Source: Candidatus Poseidoniales archaeon
GTDB taxonomy: Archaea; Thermoplasmatota; Poseidoniia; Poseidoniales; Poseidoniaceae
Direction: 5' to 3'
Length of the DNA: 64,000 bases
Assembly (NCBI GenBank): GCA_038150305.1
Contig: JAYOTG010000007.1
Coordinates: 4,230-68,229, forward strand
Shown here piece after piece: positions 49,677 to 58,744 of this stretch. The position numbers were made by a program, and so were the translations under genes. The stretch's first letter is position 1; each line of letters begins with the position of its first letter. The notes beneath the pieces were generated by a model. It had not been told where the DNA came from. It did not search any database and saw only the letters and a list, made by a program, of their open reading frames with translations.

Positions 49677-50792
49677 ATGAGCGGGAAGCGCGATTACTAC
49701 GAGGTGCTCGGCCTCGATCGCGACGCCGATGAGAAGGCGCTCAAGAACGCCTTCCGTCGTTTGGCACGCAAGTACCATCCCGATCGAAGCGAGGAGCCCG
49801 ACGCTGAAGATCGATTCAAGGAGATTCAAGAGGCCTACGCGGTGCTCTCTGACCCCTCAAAACGCAGCCAATACGACCGCTTCGGACATGACGGTCCAGG
49901 TGGAGGTTTCGGTGGCGGGTTCAACGTCGACCTCAGCGACCTCTTCGGCGGCTCGGACATTTTCTCAGCCTTCTTCGGCGGGGGTGGTGGTGGTGGTCAA
50001 CGCTCGAGGCGTGGCAGCGACATCCTGTACCGTCACACCGTGTCAAGTGAGGACGTGATGAACGGCGCGGATGAGGAGGTTGAACTCGAGTTGCCGACCT
50101 CCTGCGTGCCCTGTTCAGGAACCGGTGCGGAAGGCGGTGCTTTGGACACGTGCCTGGAGTGCTCGGGTCGAGGCGTGCTGTCACGGATGGTGCAAATGGG
50201 GCCCTTCCAAACACGTCAAGACCGAACCTGCCCGAACTGCGAGGGGCGAGGAAAGATCCCGAAAAGCACGTGCAAGGCCTGCAAGGGACGCGGCAGAAAG
50301 GAGCAATCCACCACGCTTAGGTTCAGCATTCCCGCAGGCGCAGAAGACGGCACACGCCTCCGCCTTCGAGGCAAGGGTGAGCCTGGCCGTGACGGGCAAG
50401 CTTCCGGGGACCTCCTGGTGGAACTCGAAGTCTCCCCCCATCCTTACTTCGAACGAAGCAGGAGCGACCTCATCATGTCCCTGCCTCTGGGCTACGCTGA
50501 CCTTGCGCTCGGCACGACCGTCACGCTGGATCACATCGACGGGAAGCCGCTCGAAATCCGTGTCCCGAAAGGCTCCACGGCGGGCGACACCATCGACATC
50601 CCCCGTCGTGGCTTCCCTCGATTAAGGGGTGGCGGTCGAGGCGATGTGGTGGTGCTGCTCAAGCTCCACATGCCCTCCAAGTTCCCACGGCAGGCTCGGG
50701 CCGCGCTCGAAGAACTCCGTGAGGACATGGCGCCGAAGGACCTCGGTGCACGAATCAGAGATGAAGCCGAGGCCCGCAGGCGCGGCGGCTGA
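49677..50792 (+). CDS. dnaJ: Molecular chaperone DnaJ (type I Hsp40)
   Basis: J domain DYYEVLGLDRDADEKALKNAFRRLARKYHPD. A G/F-rich linker follows. Four Zn-finger motifs are present: CVPCSGTG, CLECSGRG, CPNCEGRG and CKACKGRG. ATG 49677 is preferred over the track start 49617. Confidence 0.95.
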   Translation: MSGKRDYYEVLGLDRDADEKALKNAFRRLARKYHPDRSEEPDAEDRFKEIQEAYAVLSDPSKRSQYDRFGHDGPGGGFGGGFNVDLSDLFGGSDIFSAFFGGGGGGGQRSRRGSDILYRHTVSSEDVMNGADEEVELELPTSCVPCSGTGAEGGALDTCLECSGRGVLSRMVQMGPFQTRQDRTCPNCEGRGKIPKSTCKACKGRGRKEQSTTLRFSIPAGAEDGTRLRLRGKGEPGRDGQASGDLLVELEVSPHPYFERSRSDLIMSLPLGYADLALGTTVTLDHIDGKPLEIRVPKGSTAGDTIDIPRRGFPRLRGGGRGDVVVLLKLHMPSKFPRQARAALEELREDMAPKDLGARIRDEAEARRRGG

Positions 50793-52958
50793 TCACGCCT
50801 CTTCATCTGCATCGAGCATCAACGAGGTTGTGGCACGGGCGGCACGAGGCTCTGCCTCGACCAGCCCGTTGATTTCCACATCAACCAAGGAGCCCACACC
50901 GTCCAACTCCACGGTCAGGAAGACCACCGTATTGGCTCGGAGGGTGTCAAGGAAGACGTCCTCGCCGTGGTGCAAGAAGCGTGGCTCCACGGCTTTCACC
51001 TCGCACGCCGCACCAAGCGGTGCATCGAACCTCAGTGCCGTCGCTTCCCACGTTTGCGGGCCTGCGGCGAGGCCGACAAGGAGAACGTGCGTGCCCTCCT
51101 TGGCCAAACGTGGGTCGAGGCGCCACGCTGCAAGGGCAATCTCGTCTGTACGATGTGAGAGGTCTGGTTCACCCCAACTTCGGCATGCTTCTTCGAACTC
51201 CAACGTGGCGACGGCATCCAGAGCAAGGTGAAGATCGCGCCGTTCTTGCTCGACGGGTCGGCCCTCGTCCAGCCGTTTGACGATGCTCTGGAGGCGCTCA
51301 CGTTGGACCCGCATGATGTTCGCGAGGCGAGTCCGGCGACGTTGGATGTGCGCCAAGTACGCCACAGGGATGAGGAAACTGAAACCGAGGATCCAGCGGA
51401 CGCGTGCCCCCCAGATCTGGGAGGCTTCGTCCGGTTCGAACCATGGTTCATCGCCTTCATCCACCACCCCATGGGCCATCTCAAGCGTGTAATTGAGCGT
51501 CACACCATCGCTGCCCCACGTGGTGTTGAGCACGTCATCAGCGTCGATGACGCTGATGCGAACGAGATGTGCGCCTCGTCCGAATTGCGCGCTGAGGCTC
51601 TCACCCTGTCCGTCGAGCGTGTCCACCGCCCGCTCTTCTTCGTCGATGGCACCTGTGTTCGGGTCAATGGGGATGAGTTCAACACGCACTGGTTCCGATG
51701 ACCACACGCTGACTTTGACCAGGTGAATCGATTCCTCCCATGCGTCGATGAAGAAGGGGAGCACGTCGGCCACGTCGTGCGTGGACCGCACGAGGTGTCC
51801 GCTCTCGCTGCCGTTGAGTGGGAGGTGGCCTGTGAGGCCACCGTCGAGCAAGACCACATCGCTGATGTCAACGTACCCTTGTGCATCGCTTCCGCTTCCA
51901 AGGTCGGCCGCGGAGGTACGGGACAATCCTGAGGCACATACAGGGCTGTGACAGGTCAGCCGGAGGGCCTCTGCACCCGGGAGAGGCCAAACCGTGGCGG
52001 CAGAGCGAAGCGGTTCGGAGGAGGTTGCGATCCATGCGCCTTGAACAAGATGATGCACCAAGAGTTCGGTTCCCTCAAGTGGGGTCAGGTGAAGCGCATC
52101 CGTTTCGTTCACGTCTAGTGCCTTGATTTGGCCCCCGTGCCCAATGATCTGCTCGCGGCCTTGGAGGTGGTCCATCGCACCGGTCATCGGGTGAGCTGCC
52201 ATCGTCAGGGCGACAGCCGTGCTCGGGGCCGTACCCTCCACCATCACGAGGACGCGCTCACCCTCATCGAGCGCGAGTCGGTGGGCGTAGGGTAGGGTGC
52301 TGTCGTGAAGGGTGTGCATCAGGTGGTTGGTCTCACCCGTGTCGTTCTGGACCATGAGCCGGAGGTTGATTTCATTCGAGACGTGGTGAACCACAACATC
52401 GACCCACGCTGGGCCGTCTGTTTGCGCGAGCATGTACGCGCTCGCCTCCGCAGACACGTTGAGGATCCCGGTGGATGCACCGCTCCATCCGGTGTTTAAT
52501 CGAACAGGGTCGCTTTCTGACCACCAGACGTCCCCGAATTGGCTCATGGCCAGCATCGTGGTCTCAGCGTCGGTTCCCGGAGGTGGCCGTTCGGCCAGCA
52601 TGGCCACCGTGGAAGCGACGGTCAGGACTTCGGCAATCTCCGCCTCGGCGAAGGTGATGGTCAAGGTCAAGACGTCGCTCATTTCGGCCACGTGGATGAA
52701 CTCCATGCCACCCGTGCCCGCTTCCAATGTGTTTCCCTGGGCATCGCTCACGGTGGCTTCGCATGTGAGGCATGACACGACAAAGAGGCCCTGCTGAGCG
52801 GCATCCAAAACGAGGGTGGTGGTCCATGATGCGCCAGCCTCCCCATGGACGAACACGCGAGCTTCGTCCTCAACCACACTCGTGCTCGCCGAGGCGGACG
52901 TGAACGCGAGGCTGCACATCAGCAGCCCCAGCATCACGGCGGCCCATCGCTTCGTCAT
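50793..52958 (-). CDS. Type I membrane protein: signal peptide, ~520-aa ectodomain, one TM, ~170-aa cytoplasmic domain; function unknown
   Basis: ATG 52958 gives MTKRWAAVMLGLLMCSLAFTSASAS. The TM is VRWILGFSFLIPVAYLAHI, followed by QRRRTR. The track start 53390 adds 144 Arg-rich residues that overlap arcS. Confidence 0.7.
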   Translation of the reverse strand: MTKRWAAVMLGLLMCSLAFTSASASTSVVEDEARVFVHGEAGASWTTTLVLDAAQQGLFVVSCLTCEATVSDAQGNTLEAGTGGMEFIHVAEMSDVLTLTITFAEAEIAEVLTVASTVAMLAERPPPGTDAETTMLAMSQFGDVWWSESDPVRLNTGWSGASTGILNVSAEASAYMLAQTDGPAWVDVVVHHVSNEINLRLMVQNDTGETNHLMHTLHDSTLPYAHRLALDEGERVLVMVEGTAPSTAVALTMAAHPMTGAMDHLQGREQIIGHGGQIKALDVNETDALHLTPLEGTELLVHHLVQGAWIATSSEPLRSAATVWPLPGAEALRLTCHSPVCASGLSRTSAADLGSGSDAQGYVDISDVVLLDGGLTGHLPLNGSESGHLVRSTHDVADVLPFFIDAWEESIHLVKVSVWSSEPVRVELIPIDPNTGAIDEEERAVDTLDGQGESLSAQFGRGAHLVRISVIDADDVLNTTWGSDGVTLNYTLEMAHGVVDEGDEPWFEPDEASQIWGARVRWILGFSFLIPVAYLAHIQRRRTRLANIMRVQRERLQSIVKRLDEGRPVEQERRDLHLALDAVATLEFEEACRSWGEPDLSHRTDEIALAAWRLDPRLAKEGTHVLLVGLAAGPQTWEATALRFDAPLGAACEVKAVEPRFLHHGEDVFLDTLRANTVVFLTVELDGVGSLVDVEINGLVEAEPRAARATTSLMLDADEEA

Positions 52959-53141
52959 GTTTGGTGGGTTTCCCAACAGGGTTTCAAGCCCTCGTCTGGC
53001 CACCGGCTTCAAGTGCAGGTCCTGCTGCCACTTGCCATGGACGGTGTGCTTGGACGTACCGTCGTCTCCCGCGACCGCTTTGCCCGCGTGTGGGGGCTCG
53101 GTGACAGGAACCAACCCACAGGTCGCACCCCGGGTCTGGTC

Positions 53142-54821
53142 ATGCTGGACGGCGATCAACCGATGGAGATCGCCTTGGCTCCGTTCAAGGCTGAAACGAC
53201 GCGAACCTTGCCTGCAACGTTGACGGTCACGGCCCGCGGCGCGTTTGAAGTCCCCTCGTTCGACACACCTGGGCCGAGATGGTCGGTCGGTTTGGGCCAT
53301 GTGCTCCCCCCAGAAATGGAGGAGGCCGATGCAGGAGAGCCTGCTGGCGCTGGCCCTTTGCTCCCGGTGTCGTGGCAGCGCATGATGCACGACGCCGACT
53401 TGATGGATTCAACCTTGGCGCCGCAGGTGGTGGTGTTGACCGATGCGCTGGCGCTCACCAGCAACCCGCGTCGATTCATTGATGCGATCGTGGCCATCAA
53501 GCGTCGCTTTCCGAGTGCGCTGCTCTGGGCGCCAGGCATCGGGGGTCCCGATAACCTCGCGCTGCTTGTTTGGCTTGGCGTCGACCTGTTCGATTTGACG
53601 CGATCCCGTCAGGCAGCAGCCTCTGAGATGGTGCTGGACCGTGGCGGTCCACGAACGCCGTCCGTGGAGCTAGGCGAGTCCGCAAGCCTTGACGTCCAAG
53701 TCGATGCGTGGCGCGCAGCCGTGGCCGAAGTTCGTGAGCACCTGGCAGCGGGTACGCTGCGTCAACTGGTGGACCGCCAAGCGCTGGTTGCACCATCAAC
53801 GGTGGTCCAGCTGCGTCACCATGACGACGTTTGCGCCACGATGGAAGGGTTGCTCGAACGTCACGTTCCGCGAGAGCGCAAGCTGATGTGCATGGCCGAA
53901 ACCAGCCTGTACGAGCCCGCGGTGCTTGACTGGGTCAACTGGATGAGCACTGCATATCGCGCGCCGCAAGGCATGGACCGCGTGTTGGTGCTCTTGCCGT
54001 GCTCGGCGCGAAAACCGTACAGGTTCTCGAAATCCCATCGTCGCTTCATCGAGGCCATTGGCACCAACGCGGTCCACGAAGTCATGGTGACCTCGCCGCT
54101 TGGTCTGGTGCCCAGGGACCTCGAACAAGTGTGGCCGGCTCAGCACTACGATCTGGCGGTCACCGGCCGCTGGAGTGCAGACGAGCTCAACCGAATCGGC
54201 AGCATGCTCTCTGCCCTCATCGAGGCGCATGATTACCAGTGTATCGTGGATCACTCGGGGCTCACGCTTCCTGAATCGTGCTACGGTGGCCTTCCTCGCA
54301 TCGATACGCGCCAAGGAGAGTCAGCAGGATCGCGAACAGCGCTCGAGCGCTTGAGTGAGGCTGTGCGAGAGGCGATCCGCACCCACGGGGCCCGTCGCCG
54401 ATCTCGGGATGCCATGCATCTTGACGAATGGCGAAGCGCTTCACGTCGATTGCTGGGCGGGGACGCATGGTTGGACGGGGCAGAGGTCAGGGGTCGCCCC
54501 CCACGGTTCCGCATCATGTTCGGTTCGGACCAGATCGGTCAGTGGTCGCCCGACCGTGGTGGATTTTCCCTGTCCAAAGCCGCCGTCCTCCGGCTCGAGG
54601 CCGGGGCTGCATTGCCCCAAGTGCATTTGACGCCTGATGTCGTGTGGAAAGGGGACATCCACGTGGGCATCGTTCAGGACGTGGTCGGTGACGTCCGTGT
54701 TGGCTCCGACCTCTTGGTGATGCAGAACGGGCAAGCGATTGGCCTCGCTCGTGCCCTCGCCCCCGGCTGGGAGTGGGCGGGGACACCGGGCCGCCTCGCC
54801 AAAGCGCACCAGCGTCTTTGA
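53142..54821 (+). CDS. arcS: Archaeosine synthase (tRNA-guanine transglycosylase-like ArcS/TgtA2) with C-terminal PUA domain
   Basis: LPCSARKPYRFSKSH (P at nt 53997) is an exact match to the ArcS-specific PC-X3-KPY-X2-S-X2-H motif. The C-terminal VGDVRVGSDLLVMQNGQAIGLARALAPGWE looks like a PUA domain. The start is uncertain (ATG 53142, 53163 or 53382); the track start 52845 is rejected. Confidence 0.85.
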   Translation: MLDGDQPMEIALAPFKAETTRTLPATLTVTARGAFEVPSFDTPGPRWSVGLGHVLPPEMEEADAGEPAGAGPLLPVSWQRMMHDADLMDSTLAPQVVVLTDALALTSNPRRFIDAIVAIKRRFPSALLWAPGIGGPDNLALLVWLGVDLFDLTRSRQAAASEMVLDRGGPRTPSVELGESASLDVQVDAWRAAVAEVREHLAAGTLRQLVDRQALVAPSTVVQLRHHDDVCATMEGLLERHVPRERKLMCMAETSLYEPAVLDWVNWMSTAYRAPQGMDRVLVLLPCSARKPYRFSKSHRRFIEAIGTNAVHEVMVTSPLGLVPRDLEQVWPAQHYDLAVTGRWSADELNRIGSMLSALIEAHDYQCIVDHSGLTLPESCYGGLPRIDTRQGESAGSRTALERLSEAVREAIRTHGARRRSRDAMHLDEWRSASRRLLGGDAWLDGAEVRGRPPRFRIMFGSDQIGQWSPDRGGFSLSKAAVLRLEAGAALPQVHLTPDVVWKGDIHVGIVQDVVGDVRVGSDLLVMQNGQAIGLARALAPGWEWAGTPGRLAKAHQRL

Positions 54822-54877
54822 GACCGAAGGCCCGCGGCGATGCGGTTAAGAGGGGAGAGCAGGTCGCCGGACCGTTC

Positions 54878-54883
54878 GGAGGT
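54878..54883 (+). promoter_or_regulatory. Shine-Dalgarno-like GGAGGT 6 nt upstream of the rps15 ATG
   Basis: The sequence reads cGGAGGTccatgcATGgca. Confidence 0.45.
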
Positions 54884-54889
54884 CCATGC

Positions 54890-55345
54890 ATGGCAAGGAT
54901 GTACTCGTCTCGCAAAGGCAGCAGCGGCTCGTCCAAGCCCTACGTGACCGAAGCCCCGGCATGGTCCAACACGGACAAGGGAGCCCTTGAGGCCCTCATC
55001 CTTGATTACGCCAAGGCCGGCCATTCCAGCGCTCAAATCGGCACGCTCCTGCGCGATCGCCATGCCGTCCCCAACGCTCGTCTCGTGCTCGGCCGTCGCA
55101 TCAGCGCCGTGCTGAACGAAGCCGACCTCGCGGGCAGCTACCCGGAGGACATGATGAACCTCATGCGCCGCGCTGCGGGCTTGATCGACCACATGGGAAG
55201 CAACCACAAGGACCTGCACAACCGTAGAGCGCTCGAACTCACCGAGGCGAAGATTCGCCGCCTGGCCAAGTACTACATCGGTGAAGGCCGACTCGACGCC
55301 GAGTGGCGTTACAAGCGCGACCAGCTCCGCCTCATGGTCGAGTGA
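54890..55345 (+). CDS. rps15: 30S ribosomal protein uS15 (archaeal S15P / eukaryotic S13e type)
   Basis: MARMYSSRKGSSGSSKPY..., the central SSAQIGTLLRD, and the C-terminal NHKDLHNRRALELTEAKIRRLAKYY are typical of archaeal S15P. Confidence 0.95.
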   Translation: MARMYSSRKGSSGSSKPYVTEAPAWSNTDKGALEALILDYAKAGHSSAQIGTLLRDRHAVPNARLVLGRRISAVLNEADLAGSYPEDMMNLMRRAAGLIDHMGSNHKDLHNRRALELTEAKIRRLAKYYIGEGRLDAEWRYKRDQLRLMVE

Positions 55346-55388
55346 CCTCTGGCGCAAGTTGATGTGTCCCCGCATCTGAGGCGGGACG

Positions 55389-56300
55389 ATGTCGCCCCTG
55401 ACCTCCATCGACGGCCTGTCCGAGGCCGCTTCATGGGCCGCAGAGGTTGCGTCGACCTTGTCGTCCGGCCGGACGGTGGTGCTCGATGGCGCGGCCGACG
55501 TCAACGTCATGCTTGCTTTGGTCCAACTTGAGGCGGCTTTGCTTGACCGCGGCCTGCCCTACCGGAGGGCACTGTCACCATCGACGCACGTGCTACCGGC
55601 CGCTGAACGCGCTTCACCCGTCGTCGGGGACAATGAATTGCATTGTTTGGTTGTCGAAGAGGCAGACGCACATCCGTCGTTGCCGGACGTCGATGGGTCC
55701 ATCCATCGCTTTGTGCCGGTTGCGGCCTCGGTCGAGCTCGGACGTGATCAACGGGCACGCACCGGAACGCTCAGTCCTGCCGTCCTTTGTGCGTTGGTGG
55801 CTGAGCATCTGGCTCCGGCGGGTTCACGCGTGCGTCGCGTCCGGCCGTGGGTGCTGCTGGCGCAATGGGGTCGTGGCGCCTTGGATGCCGCGTACGACCC
55901 GTGGTACACGGTGCTTCGAGATCACCTCTGCGAGGAAGGGAGCATACGTGTGGCGAGCCTTGCAGACGTGGAAACGCTTCCAGGCACGCTTCCAGATGGA
56001 TTTTCTCACGCCTTGCTCAAGCGGCTCCGTCGGGCGTGGGCGAAGATGGACCATTCCGCTCGATCACGCGGATTCTCAGAAGCCGTGCTGCCTGCGTTGA
56101 GGCATGCGTCGATGGCTTCAGCGAGGCTTGAGGAGGTCGTGTGGCACCGCCCTGTGCTGCCCGGACAGGCCCTGGACATGTTGGAACAAGCCGCTCTGCT
56201 TGGACGAGCAGCGGGCGAAGATGAGGCCGATGGGCAACTTTCCATGAGCCGAAAAATGGATGCTTTGCTGACCACGGGCGCGCTGGTTGATTCGGCCTGA
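55389..56300 (+). CDS. Hypothetical protein; possibly a degenerate (inactivated) DHH/RecJ-like domain
   Basis: 303-aa ORF 43 nt after rps15. The N-terminal VVLDGAADVNVMLALVQLEAALLDRGLPY resembles DHH motif I with the DxD residues lost. I saw no DHH triad. The call relies mainly on the known rpS15-RecJ-like gene neighbourhood in Euryarchaeota. Confidence 0.35.
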   Translation: MSPLTSIDGLSEAASWAAEVASTLSSGRTVVLDGAADVNVMLALVQLEAALLDRGLPYRRALSPSTHVLPAAERASPVVGDNELHCLVVEEADAHPSLPDVDGSIHRFVPVAASVELGRDQRARTGTLSPAVLCALVAEHLAPAGSRVRRVRPWVLLAQWGRGALDAAYDPWYTVLRDHLCEEGSIRVASLADVETLPGTLPDGFSHALLKRLRRAWAKMDHSARSRGFSEAVLPALRHASMASARLEEVVWHRPVLPGQALDMLEQAALLGRAAGEDEADGQLSMSRKMDALLTTGALVDSA

Positions 56301-56307
56301 AGCACCA

Positions 56308-56691
56308 ATGGCTTCAAGGAACAGCCGCCGATGGCCACCCAGGGCCATCGAGCGATTGTTGACGGGCGGCATCCGTGACCAAATCCAAGACCTGATGGCC
56401 ACGGAGGACCTTGTCCTCGAAACCTTCCGTGACTTGGTCAAGGACGAACTCAAGGCACACATCCGAAACGTCATCGACGACGACCCCGAGCTCAAGGCGG
56501 AAATCAAAGATGCCGTCGGCTACTACTTCCAAGCAAAAGCACGCTCCGTGTACGCTGAGTTGAAGGCAAGCAGGGCTGCAACGCGGCTCGGATTGCGCAT
56601 GCTCCCCGACGAACTGCAGGGTGAAATCGGAACCGCGTTGGTCGGTTTGTTTGAGAAAGAACTTGGAACCCTCCTTGAGCGTGCGCTTTGA
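56308..56691 (+). CDS. Small charged helical protein, function unknown
   Basis: The ORF starts at ATG 56308 (track TTG 56287 overlaps the upstream stop). The sequence is K/E/D-rich and predicted helical (DLVKDELKAHIRNVIDDDPELKAEIKDAVGYYFQAKARSVYAELK). It sits between co-directional genes with 7-9 nt spacers. Confidence 0.5.
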   Translation: MASRNSRRWPPRAIERLLTGGIRDQIQDLMATEDLVLETFRDLVKDELKAHIRNVIDDDPELKAEIKDAVGYYFQAKARSVYAELKASRAATRLGLRMLPDELQGEIGTALVGLFEKELGTLLERAL

Positions 56692-56700
56692 GGTGATCCG

Positions 56701-58740
56701 GTGCGGCAAGTCCTCGTGGCGCTGCTGTTGCTGGCCCCGATGCTCATCCTTCCTTCTGCCGCGGCCGCGGAGGGGCGGTCCTCCTCAGACGTGATTTGCT
56801 GTCCAGCCTCAGAGGTCGAGTTGTTCATGCTCGGCTCTGCAGACAGCGGATCGTTGAACCCATTTTCGGAACGGTTGGGCGACGATCCTGAGAGCGCCGT
56901 CATCGCCAACGCAGTCACCTCCGAAGAAGTCGTGGCGACGTGGAGGTTGCAAGACCTCTACGCGGGCACGGTTCCAGAGAGCACGTGGGCGATCAGCCTC
57001 CCCGTGCTGGTGGAGAACGCCGGAGGGGCCCAAGTCAATTTCACCGTGGAGGTGGCCATCGGTTCGAACGTGTATGTCGGTGAACTTCCCGCTCCGTCGA
57101 CCTTTGTCGGTCAAGGCCAGAGCACGATCAGCTTCAACGTCCCCGTCGAGGAGACCACGGTCAACGACGGGTGGGACCTCGAAGTCGTGCTGTTGGCGCG
57201 TTCGGTGATCTTCTCGGTCCCCCAAAGCGGCTCGCAGCTCTCGGTGCTGTGGGGCGCCGACGATGCCGACGCCTCCATCACGGGCGACCTCGCCGTGGTT
57301 CAGATGCATCTTCTCGATGTGGAAACCCAAGGGTCCGATGCCTACGTCGGCATCGTGGTGGCCTCTCCTTTCGGGACGGACCTGCTCGCGTTCAACAACG
57401 AGATGACCCTCCGTCTCGACGGCAGCGTGGTCTCCGGGGACCCGGTGGAAACCCAATCTGCAGACGGCATTCGGGTCACGTGGACCTACACGGACGATGA
57501 CCCAGGTGAACGGACCATGTCGCTTCAAGTCACCCTTCGTTTGCAGAGCGGCGGAGCGACCATCACAAGCGAAAGCCGTGACGTGACCTTCACCACCGAA
57601 GGTGGGGACGGTGGCGGTGGCAGTTACTACCCCTCAGAGGAGCCGCTTCGCACGACAGGGGCTGGCTCCACACTGACGGTTGTGGGGAGCATGGACTTCT
57701 CACAAGACCGTGGTGATTTGGTCCTTGAACGGGAGACGTCCATCACGCTTGACGGCGAGATGGCGTTCTGGATGCGCTGGTCGCTGGACCACCTTGGAAG
57801 CGAAGACCTCGCGCTCTCGCCGACCATCCGATCCTTCCGTGCAGGTGGCGTGGGAGATGAAGAGCGGGAAAGCCGGATGATCGAATCTGTGGAACGGCAA
57901 GAATTCGAACAACAGATGGGCAAGCTCCACGTCTCCTTCCTCTCCAATGGCCTCGGCTTGAAGCCTGACGAGTTGATCGGTGACTCGGGTGATTTTGACA
58001 CTGTGGGCATTACCCTCGATTTGCACGGCGAGGAGCGTGTCATCAGCCATCCCCTGACCATCACCATACGGTCCCGTGAACGTGTGGACGACGGGACCCT
58101 CATCGATTTGGTGCGTGACTTCATCGTCGTTCAACCGGTTCCGTTCTGGTCCGACTGGTCGATCGAACTCACCCTTCGAAGTTCTGGTCTGACCGCCCTT
58201 GCGGGCCTCGATTTGGGCGATGCAGAGGGCTTGAGCCTCAACCATCGTCGCTTGCCCATGGGTGAGGTGGCCGTGCTCAGCGGAAGCGAGCTTGACCAAG
58301 CGTTGACCTTCGAGTTGATCGCGGCTCCAACAAGCGCTCCGTTGTACGCTCCGTTGTTGGTCTTGGTTGGAACCCTCGCCGTGCTGGCCGGTGGCCTGGC
58401 GCTTGGTTGGCGTGTGTCTCGAAACCGCCGCCGCGGTTTGCTGTTGACCGAGGTGGTGCTCCTTGGCATCATCGTCTTCGCGATGTTCCTCTTCGCTTAC
58501 CCTTCGATCTTCGTGCTAGGCGCAGCTGGTTCATCGGCCTTCATTTGGGGGGTGACTGCTCTGGTGTCACCACGTTCGTCACGACCCGCTCGTTCGCCTT
58601 CTGCTCGGACGATGAAGAACGTCCCACTCCCAACCTTCGCATGCCCCGCGTGCGGGACGGTGAACGATGTACCCTCTCACGAACGCCCGCTCCGCATCGT
58701 CTGCATGGGCTGCCAGCGTGGCATCACCATCCATGGGTGA
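56701..58740 (+). CDS. Membrane protein: signal peptide, ~540-aa ectodomain, ~3 TM helices, cytoplasmic C-terminal zinc-ribbon
   Basis: The GTG-start ORF gives MRQVLVALLLLAPMLILPSAAAAEG. TM helices are LYAPLLVLVGTLAVLAGGLALGW, LLLTEVVLLGIIVFAMFLFAY and IFVLGAAGSSAFIWGVTALV. The C-terminus is FACPACGTVNDVPSHERPLRIVCMGCQRG. Confidence 0.7.
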   Translation: MRQVLVALLLLAPMLILPSAAAAEGRSSSDVICCPASEVELFMLGSADSGSLNPFSERLGDDPESAVIANAVTSEEVVATWRLQDLYAGTVPESTWAISLPVLVENAGGAQVNFTVEVAIGSNVYVGELPAPSTFVGQGQSTISFNVPVEETTVNDGWDLEVVLLARSVIFSVPQSGSQLSVLWGADDADASITGDLAVVQMHLLDVETQGSDAYVGIVVASPFGTDLLAFNNEMTLRLDGSVVSGDPVETQSADGIRVTWTYTDDDPGERTMSLQVTLRLQSGGATITSESRDVTFTTEGGDGGGGSYYPSEEPLRTTGAGSTLTVVGSMDFSQDRGDLVLERETSITLDGEMAFWMRWSLDHLGSEDLALSPTIRSFRAGGVGDEERESRMIESVERQEFEQQMGKLHVSFLSNGLGLKPDELIGDSGDFDTVGITLDLHGEERVISHPLTITIRSRERVDDGTLIDLVRDFIVVQPVPFWSDWSIELTLRSSGLTALAGLDLGDAEGLSLNHRRLPMGEVAVLSGSELDQALTFELIAAPTSAPLYAPLLVLVGTLAVLAGGLALGWRVSRNRRRGLLLTEVVLLGIIVFAMFLFAYPSIFVLGAAGSSAFIWGVTALVSPRSSRPARSPSARTMKNVPLPTFACPACGTVNDVPSHERPLRIVCMGCQRGITIHG

Positions 58741-58744
58741 AACA

